From positions 2,528,001 to 2,592,000 of the forward strand of contig OZ245015.1 of NCBI GenBank assembly GCA_965223705.1: 64,000 bases of DNA, in the 5' to 3' direction. The stretch comes from Myxococcota bacterium. GTDB lineage: Bacteria > Myxococcota_A > UBA9160 > UBA6930. The notes below the pieces were generated by a model. It made no database searches. It was not told the DNA's origin and saw nothing but the letters and a program-made list of their open reading frames with translations. Numbering within the stretch: the first letter of the stretch is position 1; the number at the start of each line of letters is the position of its first letter. Shown piece after piece: positions 16,714 through 26,731 of the stretch. A program made the translations under genes and the position numbers.

Positions 16714-19424
16714 ACTGCGTCCTGCTCCCGGACGACGGCCATCAAGTCGGCGCGGAGCTCATCGAGCGCTTGCGCGTCGTTCACTTTCTCGCCGTCGGGG
16801 TCGCGCACGTAGAACGTGTCGGCGACCTGATCGAGGACCGTACTGGCCTTCGATAGATGAATATCCAGTCCGTGTTTCGCCACCACGCGCGTGAGATCGA
16901 AGAGCAAACCGGGTCGGTCGTTCGCGGTCACATCGATCACGGTGTAGAAGTCCGACTCGCGGTTGGAGACCACCACCGTCGGCGCCGACTGTGACGGAAT
17001 TCGTTCCCGGAGGCCCAGCGTGCGCCGATCGCGAGTTTCGCCCAGATCGACTTCACCCTTGAGGACGCCCAGCAACAAGTCCTCGAGCTCTTTCCATCGG
17101 AGCGCTTGCTCGGAAGCTCCGCCCTCGGGCGTGTCGACCCGATAAGCCTCGAGCGCCAGATTGCCCCGCGTGGTGTAGACATTGGAGCCCAAGATATTGA
17201 TGCCGACCGCCGTCAGCGCCCCCGCTACGCGACTGTAGAGCCCCGGTGTGTCCTTGGTACAGAAGAGAAATTCCGAACTCTCGTCGTCGAGGGCGACCAC
17301 GGCAGAGGAAAATACCTCGGAGGGGTCGTACGCCATCACGAGAGCGGCGTGCCGAGAGATCTCGGCCGGCGTGTGCGCCAGAAAATAGCGGCGCGGCATG
17401 CCATTGAAGAACTCTTCCGTGACGTCTTCGGAAAATCCGCTCGCAGTGAGCGCTTCGCGCGCGGCTTCCCGATCCGAACGCACCGCTTCTTCAATCTGCT
17501 CGAGAGCGACCGACGGATCGTCCTCTCCCGCCTCCAGGTACTCGGCCGTTCGCTCGTAGAGCTCTCGAAGCAGTCGCCCCTTCCACTCGTTCCAGGCGTC
17601 TTTCGAGGACGCGCGAATATCGGCGAAGGTGGCCAAGTAGAGGTTGCGCAAGTTCTCTCGATCGCCCACCGCTCGGGCGAACTCGACGATCACCTTCGGA
17701 TCCGAGAGGTCGCGGCGCTGCGCGACGTGCGACATCAACAAGTGCTTCGCGACGAGAAATACCGCACGATCGATCCGCGCAGGCTCGATCCCGAGCCGCT
17801 CGCAACACTTCCGCGCCAGGGAAGCGCCCCGCTCGGAGTGGTCCCCGCCGAAGCCCTTTCCGATGTCGTGGAGCAAGCAGCCGAGGAAGAGAGCGGACCG
17901 ATCCTCCGCCTGGCGGACGAGCTTCGTCAGGTGTGGTGCGAAATCTTCGTAGTCACCGTGGTACAGGCGACGGAGCTCTTCGACGAGAAAGATCGAGTGC
18001 ACGTCGACGGTGTACGTGTGGTACATGACGTGCTGCCAGCGACACACGATATGAGCCCATTCCGGGAGGTACGCGCCGAGCAGTCCGCACTCGTTCATCG
18101 CGAGAAGCGTGCGGGTCACCCGCTGCTCGCCGTGAAGAATCTGATCGAAGATGCGCGCCGCCTCGGGGCTGCGACGGAACGACTCGTCGACGAGCGTCAG
18201 GTGCTCCCGGATGAGACGCAGTGCCGACAACCGCAGCGGGATGTCCTCCTCCTGGGCGACGGCGAAGGCCCGGAGCAGGCGCAGGGGATCCTCCCGAAGG
18301 AGGAGACCGTGCGGAATATCGAGCTGTTCTTCGACCCGCTCGAAACCGTCCGGTAGCGCCGCGCGGCGTTGTCGACGGCGGCGATCCAGGCGTGCCCGGC
18401 ATTCCTCGATGACGCTCTCGACCCCGGCCCGAAGGGCGCGTGCGTGCCGGTAGTAGTCACGCATGAGGCGCTCCACCGGAAGCTCTCCCGGGCCACCGTC
18501 GGGGTAGCCCAGGGCCTCCGCGAGCCGCTCCTGCTGTTCGAAGCTCATCTGATCGACCGCGCGGCCTTCCTGGATGTGCAGCTCGTTCCGCAACCGCCAC
18601 AAGAACTCGAGGGCCCCGCGAAACGCGTCCATTTCGCGCTCGGAAAGGAGACCGCGGTGGAGAAAGTCATCGACGCGACCGAGCCTGGGAACGGTCGCGC
18701 GCGCGATCCAATACGCGGAGTGGTAGTCGCGAAGGCCTCCAGCCCCCTCTTTGAGATTGGGCTGAAGGAGATAGACCGATTCTCCGAACTTGGCGTGGCG
18801 CGCCTCCATCGCCTCTCGCTGGGTCCGCACGAACGTCGCGGGCGGGCGCAGCAAGTCTTCCCAGATGCTTGTCAGCAGGGCGTGGTAGACGGACGTGTCG
18901 CCGCCGAGAAACCGCGCATCGAGAATATTCGTCGCGATGGTCTCGTCTTTTTTCGCGAGCTTGATGGTTTCCGCCGCTTGCCGTACGGCACTGCCCACCT
19001 TGAGGCCGCCGTCCCACAACCAGTACTGAACGCGTTCGGCGACCGCCTTCGACATGTCGGTGAGCCGACCCGCGTAGAGGAACAGCAGGTCGATGTCCGA
19101 ATGCACCGACATTTCCTGTCGGGCGTACCCGCCCGCGGCGACGATGCTCAAGTCATCTCCCGGCTGGCCCGTCGTGGCGTAGTGCGCGGTCTGCGCCATA
19201 CGCAACAGCCGACGCACGAGACGATCGATTCCCTCGGAGTTCCTGCGATTCACGGTGCTCGCGAGGTCGCCGCGATGATGCAGCGCCACCACGTAGTCGT
19301 GGTGCGCTCTCGCGTATTCCTTGACGGCCGCGGCCGCGTCGCGGTCGAAGCCGCCACCCGAAGCCCGCGCGCCTTCGAATTCGGACAGAAACGAAGAGAT
19401 GTCCGGAGCTTCGATCCCCTCCAC
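16710..19424 (-). CDS. glnD: [Protein-PII] uridylyltransferase
   Basis: GGYAR..SDIDL, PNLKEGAGGLRD, YHTYTVDVHS, LLHDIGKG, two ACT domains (DRPGLL). Confidence 0.96.
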   Translation of the reverse strand: MEGIEAPDISSFLSEFEGARASGGGFDRDAAAAVKEYARAHHDYVVALHHRGDLASTVNRRNSEGIDRLVRRLLRMAQTAHYATTGQPGDDLSIVAAGGYARQEMSVHSDIDLLFLYAGRLTDMSKAVAERVQYWLWDGGLKVGSAVRQAAETIKLAKKDETIATNILDARFLGGDTSVYHALLTSIWEDLLRPPATFVRTQREAMEARHAKFGESVYLLQPNLKEGAGGLRDYHSAYWIARATVPRLGRVDDFLHRGLLSEREMDAFRGALEFLWRLRNELHIQEGRAVDQMSFEQQERLAEALGYPDGGPGELPVERLMRDYYRHARALRAGVESVIEECRARLDRRRRQRRAALPDGFERVEEQLDIPHGLLLREDPLRLLRAFAVAQEEDIPLRLSALRLIREHLTLVDESFRRSPEAARIFDQILHGEQRVTRTLLAMNECGLLGAYLPEWAHIVCRWQHVMYHTYTVDVHSIFLVEELRRLYHGDYEDFAPHLTKLVRQAEDRSALFLGCLLHDIGKGFGGDHSERGASLARKCCERLGIEPARIDRAVFLVAKHLLMSHVAQRRDLSDPKVIVEFARAVGDRENLRNLYLATFADIRASSKDAWNEWKGRLLRELYERTAEYLEAGEDDPSVALEQIEEAVRSDREAAREALTASGFSEDVTEEFFNGMPRRYFLAHTPAEISRHAALVMAYDPSEVFSSAVVALDDESSEFLFCTKDTPGLYSRVAGALTAVGINILGSNVYTTRGNLALEAYRVDTPEGGASEQALRWKELEDLLLGVLKGEVDLGETRDRRTLGLRERIPSQSAPTVVVSNRESDFYTVIDVTANDRPGLLFDLTRVVAKHGLDIHLSKASTVLDQVADTFYVRDPDGEKVNDAQALDELRADLMAVVREQDAV

Positions 19425-20530
19425 TACTCCCCTTTCGCCACCACGACCGCACGACGCGCCCAGTAGCGCTCCACCCCGCGCGCGAGATGGAGCCCGAGGG
19501 CGCGGAGGTAGTCCCGGTTGGCCAACCGCTTTGATTCCTCGGGATGCGTGAGGAAGCCCACTTCGACAAGCACAGCGGGAATCTGCGTCAGGAAGAGTAC
19601 CTGAAACGGCCCTCGCTTGACTCCGAGATCGGTCACCGAACCGGAGGTCACGCCGATCCCGTGGACCAACGTGTCATGGAGGTGATGGGCCAGTCCGCTC
19701 GACACCTGTGCGGCTTCCGAGACCCGAAGGCTCGCCAACGTTTTCTGAAGGGCGTCGAGACGTGCGGGAGTCGTCCCGTTTTCCCGCGCGGCGACGCGCA
19801 AGGTCTGCCGTTGGCTGGCCCGGTCGAGATAGTACGTTTCGATGCCGTGAGCGCGTTTGTTCGGCGCGGCGTTCGCGTGGACCGAAACGAACAAGGACGC
19901 GCCGTGGCCCTCGGCAATCGCCGTTCGCTCCTCGAGCGACAACCATTGATCGCCTTCCCGGGTCATCACGACGCGAAAACCCCGCTCCTGTAATTCGCGG
20001 CGCAAGTGCCGCGAAACCGCGAGCGTCACTTCTTTTTCCTTGCGTCCTCGAAGCCCGATCGCGCCGGGGTCGCGTCCGCCGTGGCCCGGGTCGATCACGA
20101 CGACGCGCTCCTCGAAGGCCTCTTCGCGATCGGTCGCCGGTGCGTCGTCGGCGCCGAACACGTCGAGAATGAGCCTCGGCGGATCGTCCAGCCGCAGGAG
20201 GCGATGTTTTACATAGCGGTCGAGATCCAGCACGACCCGCGCCCGATCGGACCGGTTCCGACCCCCGCGAATCCCGCGCACGACCCCGTCACCGACCTCG
20301 AGGGAAAAGCTCCGCGCATCCCGCTGCTCGAGGTCGAAGTAGAGGCGTTCGGTACGTTCCGCGTCGGGGTCCTCCGGGAGATAGCGCACCGTCGGATTGG
20401 CCATCTTCTCGAGTTCGAAGACCACGCGGGTGTAGCTCGGATACGCCCAGTGACGAACCGTGACAGGCTCCTGTGCCGCTGCGGCGGCGCAAAAAAAGAG
20501 GCCCGCGACGATCGGCGCGACCCACTTCAC
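19424..20530 (-). CDS. N-acetylmuramoyl-L-alanine amidase (AMIN + Amidase_3)
   Basis: Signal peptide, VVIDPGHGGRDPGA, EKEVTL, SVHANA, VLVEVGFL. Confidence 0.94.
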   Translation of the reverse strand: MKWVAPIVAGLFFCAAAAAQEPVTVRHWAYPSYTRVVFELEKMANPTVRYLPEDPDAERTERLYFDLEQRDARSFSLEVGDGVVRGIRGGRNRSDRARVVLDLDRYVKHRLLRLDDPPRLILDVFGADDAPATDREEAFEERVVVIDPGHGGRDPGAIGLRGRKEKEVTLAVSRHLRRELQERGFRVVMTREGDQWLSLEERTAIAEGHGASLFVSVHANAAPNKRAHGIETYYLDRASQRQTLRVAARENGTTPARLDALQKTLASLRVSEAAQVSSGLAHHLHDTLVHGIGVTSGSVTDLGVKRGPFQVLFLTQIPAVLVEVGFLTHPEESKRLANRDYLRALGLHLARGVERYWARRAVVVAKGE

Positions 20531-23154
20531 TCGGGCGCCTCGCTTTCGCGTTGCAAGCGCGCCAGAACGTTCAGCGCCTCGAGGGGCGTCATCCGATCGA
20601 CATCGAGCGCGCGCAACGCCTCGACGATCGAGGGCACCTCGGCCGGCGCCTTCGACCACAGCCCGAGTTGCGCGTCGTCCGCGGCGGCGGGCCCGTTGCG
20701 CGCCTCTTCCAGAAGCGCGAGTCGCTCTCGCGCACGCGCGACGACTCGGCCGGGCAGACCGGCGAGTTCTGCGACCTGGATGCCGTAGGAACGGCTCGCC
20801 TCGCCGGGAACGAGCCGCCGCAAGAACACGACGCGCCCTTCCCACTCGCGCACTTCGAAGTGCATGTTCCGCAGACCCGGCCGTCGGCTCGCGAGCTCCG
20901 ACAGCTCGTGGTAGTGGGTCGCGAACAAGGTTCTCGGACGCAGCCCCGGCGTGTCGTGCAGGTACTCGACCACCGCCCATGCGATGGCCAAGCCATCGAA
21001 CGTGCTGGTGCCCCGACCGATCTCATCGAGAATCAGCAAGCTACGAGAACTCGCTTCGGCCAGGATGTCCGCGGTCTCCCGCATCTCGACCATGAACGTC
21101 GATTCGCCGCGAGCCAATCGGTCGCTCGCCCCGACCCGCGTAAAGACCCGATCGACGAGTCCGACGTCGGCCGCTTCCGCCGGCACGTAGCTGCCCATTT
21201 GAGCGAGCAGCACGATCAGCGCCACTTGCCGGAGATAGGTGCTCTTGCCAGACATGTTCGGACCGGTGAGCAGCAGCATCTGCGGGCCGTCTGCAGGGAG
21301 TTCCGTGTCGTTGGGGACGAAGTCCGACTCGTCTCTCGAGCGGAGGACGTTCGCGACCACCGGGTGGCGCCCGGCGGTGATCTCGAGGCGTGCGTCGTCG
21401 TAGAGTCGCGGCGCGACCCACGCGTCTTCCCTTGCGACTTCCGCAAGGCAGGCGACACCGTCGAGCTCGGCGACCCGATCCGCAGCCGCGAGGAGTGCGG
21501 CGCTATGTGCGGCCACCTCGTCTCGCAGCGCATCGAAAATCTCCCGTTCGAGCGCCGCCGCTCGTTCCTGAGCGCCGCGCACGCGCCCCTCCATCTCGAG
21601 GAGCGCCGGCGTCGTGAAGCGCTCAGCGTTCGCGAGCGTCTGCTTTCGCTCGAAATCCTCCGGGACCTTCGCGAGCTGAGACTTCGAGACCTCCAAGGCG
21701 TAACCGTGAACAGGATGGAACCTCACCTTGAGCGACGGAATGCCGGAACGCTCGCGCTCTTCGGCCTCGAGGCCTGCGATCCACTCCCGCCCCTTGTGGG
21801 CGGACTCGCGCAGGCCGTCGAGCTCCCCGTGGTAGCCCTCGCGGATGTAGCCCGTCTGTAGAGCGCCCCGCGATCCTCGCGGGACGAGCGGCGGATCGTC
21901 GACGAGTGCCCGCTCGAGGAGCGCGGCGATCGGTTGCAGGTCCGGGAGCTCGGGAAGGACGCTCCCGCCGACGAGATCGCCGGGCAGGGCCAAAGCGGTG
22001 CTCACGTCCGGGAGTGCCTGCAGCGATGTTCGCAGCGCCGCCAGATCGCGTGGGCTCGACTGCGCCCGCGTCGCTTTCGACAGACGCCGCTCGAGATCCC
22101 CCACCGAGGCGAGCGCCTCGCGAACCGCGAAGCGCCGGCGATCGCCTTCGGCGAGCTCGCGCACCATCGACTGGCGCTCGAGAATGCGCTCGCGATCGAG
22201 AAGCGGGTAGCGGAGCCACGCCGCCAACCGGCGCGACCCGAGCGGAGTCGACGCGCGATTGAGACGATCGAAGAGCGTGCCCCGGAGCCCGCGGTCTTCC
22301 GAGTTTTCGAAGAGCTCGAGGTGCGTCCGGGTGGCCGGGTCGATCACCATCGCGTCGCCCAACCGATACGTCGACAGGCGAACCATCTGATGCAGGGCGC
22401 CGGGTTGAAACTTCTCGACGACGCGGATCACGGCGGCCGCCGCGCGCATGCCGGCGTCCTCGCCGCGGGTCGCGAAACCGTCCGGTGTGTGGGGCACACG
22501 CTCGACGTCGAACGCTCCGGTCTCGACCTCGGTAAAGCTCAAGCCGGGCAGGTCGACAGAGAGCGCGCCTTCGAACAGCGGACGATCCGATGACGTGACG
22601 ACGAGTTCTCGCGGGCCGATGCGCGCCAATTCTTCGACCAGCGAACGCGGGATTTCACGGGCTTCGCCGGGTATTTCCGTTGCTCGGAAGCGACCAGTGG
22701 ACGCCTCGAAAGCCGCGACACCGATCGCGGACGGCACGCGGCACAACGCCACCAGGGAGACCTCGACATGCGCCGCGATCCCCTCCGGGTCGCCGACGAG
22801 GCCCGGCGTCACCACCTCGACCACTTCTCTGCGCACGAGCCGACGGCCCGCCGCTTTGGGGTCTTCGACTTGCTCGCAGATCGCGACGCGCAGACCCAGT
22901 TCCGTGAGACGCGCGACATATCCGGCGGCGCTGTGCGCCGGAACGCCGCACATCGCCACGGCGTCGGCCTTTCCCTTGTCGCGCGTCGTCAGCGTCAGGT
23001 CGAGGAGGGGCGCACAGCGTTCCGCGTCTTCGAGAAACATCTCGTAGAAGTCGCCCATGCGATAGAACAACACGGCGTCCGGATGCTCCGCCTTGATCGC
23101 TAAGAACTGACGCATCATCGGCGTGTCGAGCGCGCTCTTCTTCGCCGGACTCAT
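20527..23154 (-). CDS. mutS: DNA mismatch repair protein MutS
   Basis: TPMMRQF, FYRMGDFYEMF, TGPNMSGKSTYLRQ, DEIGRGTST, FATHYHEL, SYGIQVA. Confidence 0.98.
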   Translation of the reverse strand: MSPAKKSALDTPMMRQFLAIKAEHPDAVLFYRMGDFYEMFLEDAERCAPLLDLTLTTRDKGKADAVAMCGVPAHSAAGYVARLTELGLRVAICEQVEDPKAAGRRLVRREVVEVVTPGLVGDPEGIAAHVEVSLVALCRVPSAIGVAAFEASTGRFRATEIPGEAREIPRSLVEELARIGPRELVVTSSDRPLFEGALSVDLPGLSFTEVETGAFDVERVPHTPDGFATRGEDAGMRAAAAVIRVVEKFQPGALHQMVRLSTYRLGDAMVIDPATRTHLELFENSEDRGLRGTLFDRLNRASTPLGSRRLAAWLRYPLLDRERILERQSMVRELAEGDRRRFAVREALASVGDLERRLSKATRAQSSPRDLAALRTSLQALPDVSTALALPGDLVGGSVLPELPDLQPIAALLERALVDDPPLVPRGSRGALQTGYIREGYHGELDGLRESAHKGREWIAGLEAEERERSGIPSLKVRFHPVHGYALEVSKSQLAKVPEDFERKQTLANAERFTTPALLEMEGRVRGAQERAAALEREIFDALRDEVAAHSAALLAAADRVAELDGVACLAEVAREDAWVAPRLYDDARLEITAGRHPVVANVLRSRDESDFVPNDTELPADGPQMLLLTGPNMSGKSTYLRQVALIVLLAQMGSYVPAEAADVGLVDRVFTRVGASDRLARGESTFMVEMRETADILAEASSRSLLILDEIGRGTSTFDGLAIAWAVVEYLHDTPGLRPRTLFATHYHELSELASRRPGLRNMHFEVREWEGRVVFLRRLVPGEASRSYGIQVAELAGLPGRVVARARERLALLEEARNGPAAADDAQLGLWSKAPAEVPSIVEALRALDVDRMTPLEALNVLARLQRESEAPE

Positions 23155-23161
23155 GGCGGGT

Positions 23162-24175
23162 TCACACCAGGCGCCCGCGGCGTTCGAAGCGTCCCTCGTC
23201 CGCGAAGGCCGCAATCACCGCGTCCCACGCCTCGCCCACTTCCGGCGAGGCGTCCTGACCCGCGACGATGCGCGCTCGCCAGGCGAGAGCCTCGAGCTGC
23301 GTCGGGTGCTCTTTCAAGATCTTGTCGAGGCGGCCGACGGCGACGGCCGTGTCTCCCGCGTGCCATGCGCTGCGCACACGGGCGAGAGCCGAATCGACGT
23401 CGAGCGGGTTCGCTTCGACCCGCTCGGCGAGGAGCGCCTCGAACGCCTCGCCTCGCCCCTCGGCGTCGTACGCTCCTTTCAGCTTCTCGAGCAGCGCCCG
23501 CGCGTTCCGCGAATCGAGGTCGAGCGCGCGCTCCCAGGCGTGGCGCGCCTTCTTGTGCCGCCCGCGTGACGATTCGAGGTCGCCGAGCGCCACCCACGCG
23601 GAAGCGAGTTCGGGATCTTTGCGGAGCGCTTTTCGGAGGGCCCGGGCGGCTTCGTCCTCTTCACCCCGGGACAGGTGCAAGGCCGCCCACTCGCTGTAGA
23701 GCGCGGCTTCGGTCGGCACGTCGGGCAGATCGTGCGCCAGGCGCCGGCGTGACTTGATCGCGCGCGGGTAGTCCTTGAGCTTCGCGTAGAGCTCCGTTTG
23801 CGCCGCGTGAACTTCCGGATCGCGCGGCAACGCCTGGCGTAGCTCTTCATAGGCTGCGATCGCCCGCTGCAAGAATCCCCCCTGACGGAAATCCTCGGCA
23901 ACTCCTCGGAGTGCCGCCACCCGCTGCGCGGCGGAGCCATCGGGCCTCTGCATGAGATTCTGGTGGATGCGGATGGCGCGCCCGAGCTCCCCGCGGGTGC
24001 GATACAAGCTCGCCAGGGCCAACATGGGGGCGATCTGCTCCGAGTCCTCCTCGGCGATTTCGCGGAGCGTCGTTTCCGCCGCGTCGAGGTCGCGGTCGAG
24101 GATCGCCTGGATGATCCCCAGTAGCCGATCCTCGCGCGACCCGCGCTTCGCCTTGTTCCGCCGGAAGAGACCCAC
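23162..24175 (-). CDS. TPR protein, LapB(YciM)-like
   Basis: LALASLYRTRGELGRAIRIHQNL motif, TPR helices, directly downstream of a LapA-like gene; lacks an obvious N-terminal TM and rubredoxin tail. Confidence 0.8.
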   Translation of the reverse strand: MGLFRRNKAKRGSREDRLLGIIQAILDRDLDAAETTLREIAEEDSEQIAPMLALASLYRTRGELGRAIRIHQNLMQRPDGSAAQRVAALRGVAEDFRQGGFLQRAIAAYEELRQALPRDPEVHAAQTELYAKLKDYPRAIKSRRRLAHDLPDVPTEAALYSEWAALHLSRGEEDEAARALRKALRKDPELASAWVALGDLESSRGRHKKARHAWERALDLDSRNARALLEKLKGAYDAEGRGEAFEALLAERVEANPLDVDSALARVRSAWHAGDTAVAVGRLDKILKEHPTQLEALAWRARIVAGQDASPEVGEAWDAVIAAFADEGRFERRGRLV

Positions 24176-24564
24176 TAGCGAACCTCGGCCGCTTCTCCCT
24201 GTGCGGACGGCGCATCCGTTGAATCGGGGGCGGGGAGCGCCTTCGGCGCCCGCTCCGCTTCTCCCCCGGTCGCCAGCGGCAGGGTTCGCAACTGGTGAAC
24301 TTCGGCTTCGAGACTGTCGATGCGTTTTCGGTAGCGCCGCGTGACGAGCCCCTGCTTCGCGAACTCGAAGCCGACGAGAAGCAGCGTCAGCCCGGCGCCG
24401 ACCGCCGCCGCGACCAGCAGCGCGATCCACAGCGGCACGCCGGGCAGTTGGAGCAACAACAAGTCGATGTCGGCGGGAGCGTTGTTCTGCCCGGAAAACC
24501 GCAGCATCACCCACACGAGCCCGCAGATCACCGCGAGCAGCAACAACCGGCGCAGAATCTTCAT
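24175..24564 (-). CDS. lapA: LapA family membrane protein
   Basis: Two TM helices, FSGQN, C-terminal coiled coil (LEAEVHQLRTLPL); ihfB-lapA-lapB synteny. Confidence 0.78.
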   Translation of the reverse strand: MKILRRLLLLAVICGLVWVMLRFSGQNNAPADIDLLLLQLPGVPLWIALLVAAAVGAGLTLLLVGFEFAKQGLVTRRYRKRIDSLEAEVHQLRTLPLATGGEAERAPKALPAPDSTDAPSAQGEAAEVR

Positions 24565-24600
24565 GACGCGGCGGCTCGAGTGCCCCGGGGCCGTGTCCGA

Positions 24601-24912
24601 CTACTCGTCATCGTCGTCCACGAGCTCACCCGTGCTCGCGTCGACCATTTCTTTCAGCTCTTTCCCCACCTTGAAGAAGGGCGTCCGCTTGGCCGGGATC
24701 TGTACTTCTTCGCCCGTCTTCGGGTTCCGACCCTCCCGCGCTTCGCGAAGCTTGACCTGAAAACTTCCGAATCCTCGGATCTCGATGCGCTCACCTTGGC
24801 GAAGAGCTTCCGTCATCGAGTCGAAGATGGTGTTCACCACGATCTCCGTATCCTTCTTGGAGATATGAGGCGTCAGCTCGGCGACCTTCTCGATCAGTCC
24901 GCTCTTGGTCAT
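24601..24912 (-). CDS. ihfB: Integration host factor beta subunit
   Basis: MTKSGLI, RIEIRGFGSF, GRNPKTGE, PFFKVGKELKE; downstream of rpsA. Confidence 0.95.
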   Translation of the reverse strand: MTKSGLIEKVAELTPHISKKDTEIVVNTIFDSMTEALRQGERIEIRGFGSFQVKLREAREGRNPKTGEEVQIPAKRTPFFKVGKELKEMVDASTGELVDDDDE

Positions 24913-24936
24913 CGTCATTCCCCAACCGTCATCGCT

Positions 24937-26655
24937 CTATTCGTCGTCGGTCTTTTGAGCCAACTTTTCGGCGAGGAGGTCGCCGAGTGTCGTCGTTTGG
25001 CTCTGGGACTGCTGCGCCGCCATCTTCTTGAGCGCTTCTCGCTCGGCCCGGTCCGCCAGCGCGCGGATCGAGAGAGAGATCTTCTGATCGACGGCATCGA
25101 CTTTCGTGATGAGCGTCGTGATCTCTTGACCTTCACTCACCACGTCGCTCGCGTTCTCCACACGTTCGGCAGCGAGTTCGGAGTTGTAGATGAGCCCTTC
25201 GATCCCTTCCTCGAGGGTCACGAACGCACCGAAGTCGGTGATGCTCGAAACCTTGCCCTGGACCTCGGTGCCGACCTGGTACTTCTTGCGAATGTCGTCC
25301 CACGGGTTGGGCTCGAGTTGCTTGATGCCGAGGGAGAACTTCTCGTTCTCTCGGTCGATCTTGAGCACGATCGCTTCGACCTGATCGCCCTTCTCGAACT
25401 TGTCGCTCGGCTGCTTGATCTGCTCCGTCCAGGAAATATCGGACACGTGCACCAAGCCATCGATGCCCTCTTCCAATCCGACGAACACCCCGAAGTTCGT
25501 GATGTTCCGAACCTCGCCGGATACGCGCGTACCGACCGGGTATTTCTCTTCGATCAAGCTCCACGGGTTCGGCTCGATCTGCTTCATACCGAGCGAGATC
25601 TTGCGATTCCCCTCGTCGACGTCGAGCACCACGGCTTCAACGTTGTCGCCGATGTTCACCACCTTCGACGGATGCTTGACGCGCTTGGTCCAGGACATCT
25701 CGGAGACGTGAACCAGCCCCTCGATGCCCGGCTCGAGCTCGATGAAGGCGCCGTAGTCCGTCAGCGAAACGACCTGACCGGAAACGCGAACGCCGATCGG
25801 ATAGCGCATGGCGGCGTCGATCCACGGGTCGGGCTGGATCTGCTTGAGTCCCAGCGAAACCCGCTCCGACTCGGCGTCGAACTTCAGCACCTTGACTTTG
25901 ATCTCGTCGCCGACGCGGAACAACTCGTTCGGGTGGTTGACACGTCCCCAGGACATGTCGGTCACGTGAAGCAAGCCGTCGAGGCCGCCGAGATCGATGA
26001 AGGCACCGTAGTCGGTGATGTTCTTGATCACGCCGTCGATGATCTGCCCCTCGCCGAGCTGCTCGAGCGTTGTGGCGCGCAACTTTTCGCGCTCTTTCTC
26101 GAGCAGCGCCCGGCGCGACAAGACGATATTCCCGCGCCGCTTGTTGAACTTGATGACCTTGAACTGGAGTCGCTCTCCGAGCAGCGCCTCGAGGTTCCGC
26201 ACCGGGCGCAGGTCGACCTGCGAGCCCGGCAAAAACGCTTTCACACCGATGTCGACGGCGAGTCCGCCCTTCACGCGGGACAGGACGGTGCCCTCGACGG
26301 GCTCATCGCGATCGCAGGCGGCGCTGATCTCGTCCCAGATCTTCAGCCGGTCGGCCTTCTCCTTCGACAGCACGATTCGGCCGTCGTCGCCTTCGGCTTC
26401 CTCGACCAAGACATCGACGACGTCGCCGACCTTGATCAGCATGGTGCCGTCCTCTTCCATGAACTCCCACGTGTCGACGATGCCCTCGGACTTGAAGCCG
26501 ATGTCGACCTGAACGTGGTCGTCGTCGATCTGGGTGATCCTTCCCTGGACGACCTCGCCTTCCTTGATCTTGCGGGTGTCCTGCGCGAAGAGCTCGGCAA
26601 AGCTCTCGCCCGCCGGAATCCCCGTCTGCTCGCTCGTTGATGATTCTTGACTCAT
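24937..26655 (-). CDS. rpsA: 30S ribosomal protein S1
   Basis: Six S1 repeats (AFLPGSQVD, DYGAFIDLGGLDGLLH, EGLVHVSEMSW). Confidence 0.98.
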   Translation of the reverse strand: MSQESSTSEQTGIPAGESFAELFAQDTRKIKEGEVVQGRITQIDDDHVQVDIGFKSEGIVDTWEFMEEDGTMLIKVGDVVDVLVEEAEGDDGRIVLSKEKADRLKIWDEISAACDRDEPVEGTVLSRVKGGLAVDIGVKAFLPGSQVDLRPVRNLEALLGERLQFKVIKFNKRRGNIVLSRRALLEKEREKLRATTLEQLGEGQIIDGVIKNITDYGAFIDLGGLDGLLHVTDMSWGRVNHPNELFRVGDEIKVKVLKFDAESERVSLGLKQIQPDPWIDAAMRYPIGVRVSGQVVSLTDYGAFIELEPGIEGLVHVSEMSWTKRVKHPSKVVNIGDNVEAVVLDVDEGNRKISLGMKQIEPNPWSLIEEKYPVGTRVSGEVRNITNFGVFVGLEEGIDGLVHVSDISWTEQIKQPSDKFEKGDQVEAIVLKIDRENEKFSLGIKQLEPNPWDDIRKKYQVGTEVQGKVSSITDFGAFVTLEEGIEGLIYNSELAAERVENASDVVSEGQEITTLITKVDAVDQKISLSIRALADRAEREALKKMAAQQSQSQTTTLGDLLAEKLAQKTDDE

Positions 26656-26731
26656 TCGGTTTTTGAGTTCCCTTCTTCCTGCCACCTTCTGGCGGCTGTA
26701 TTTCTCCGAGCGCTCACGCCCGGCAAACGCG

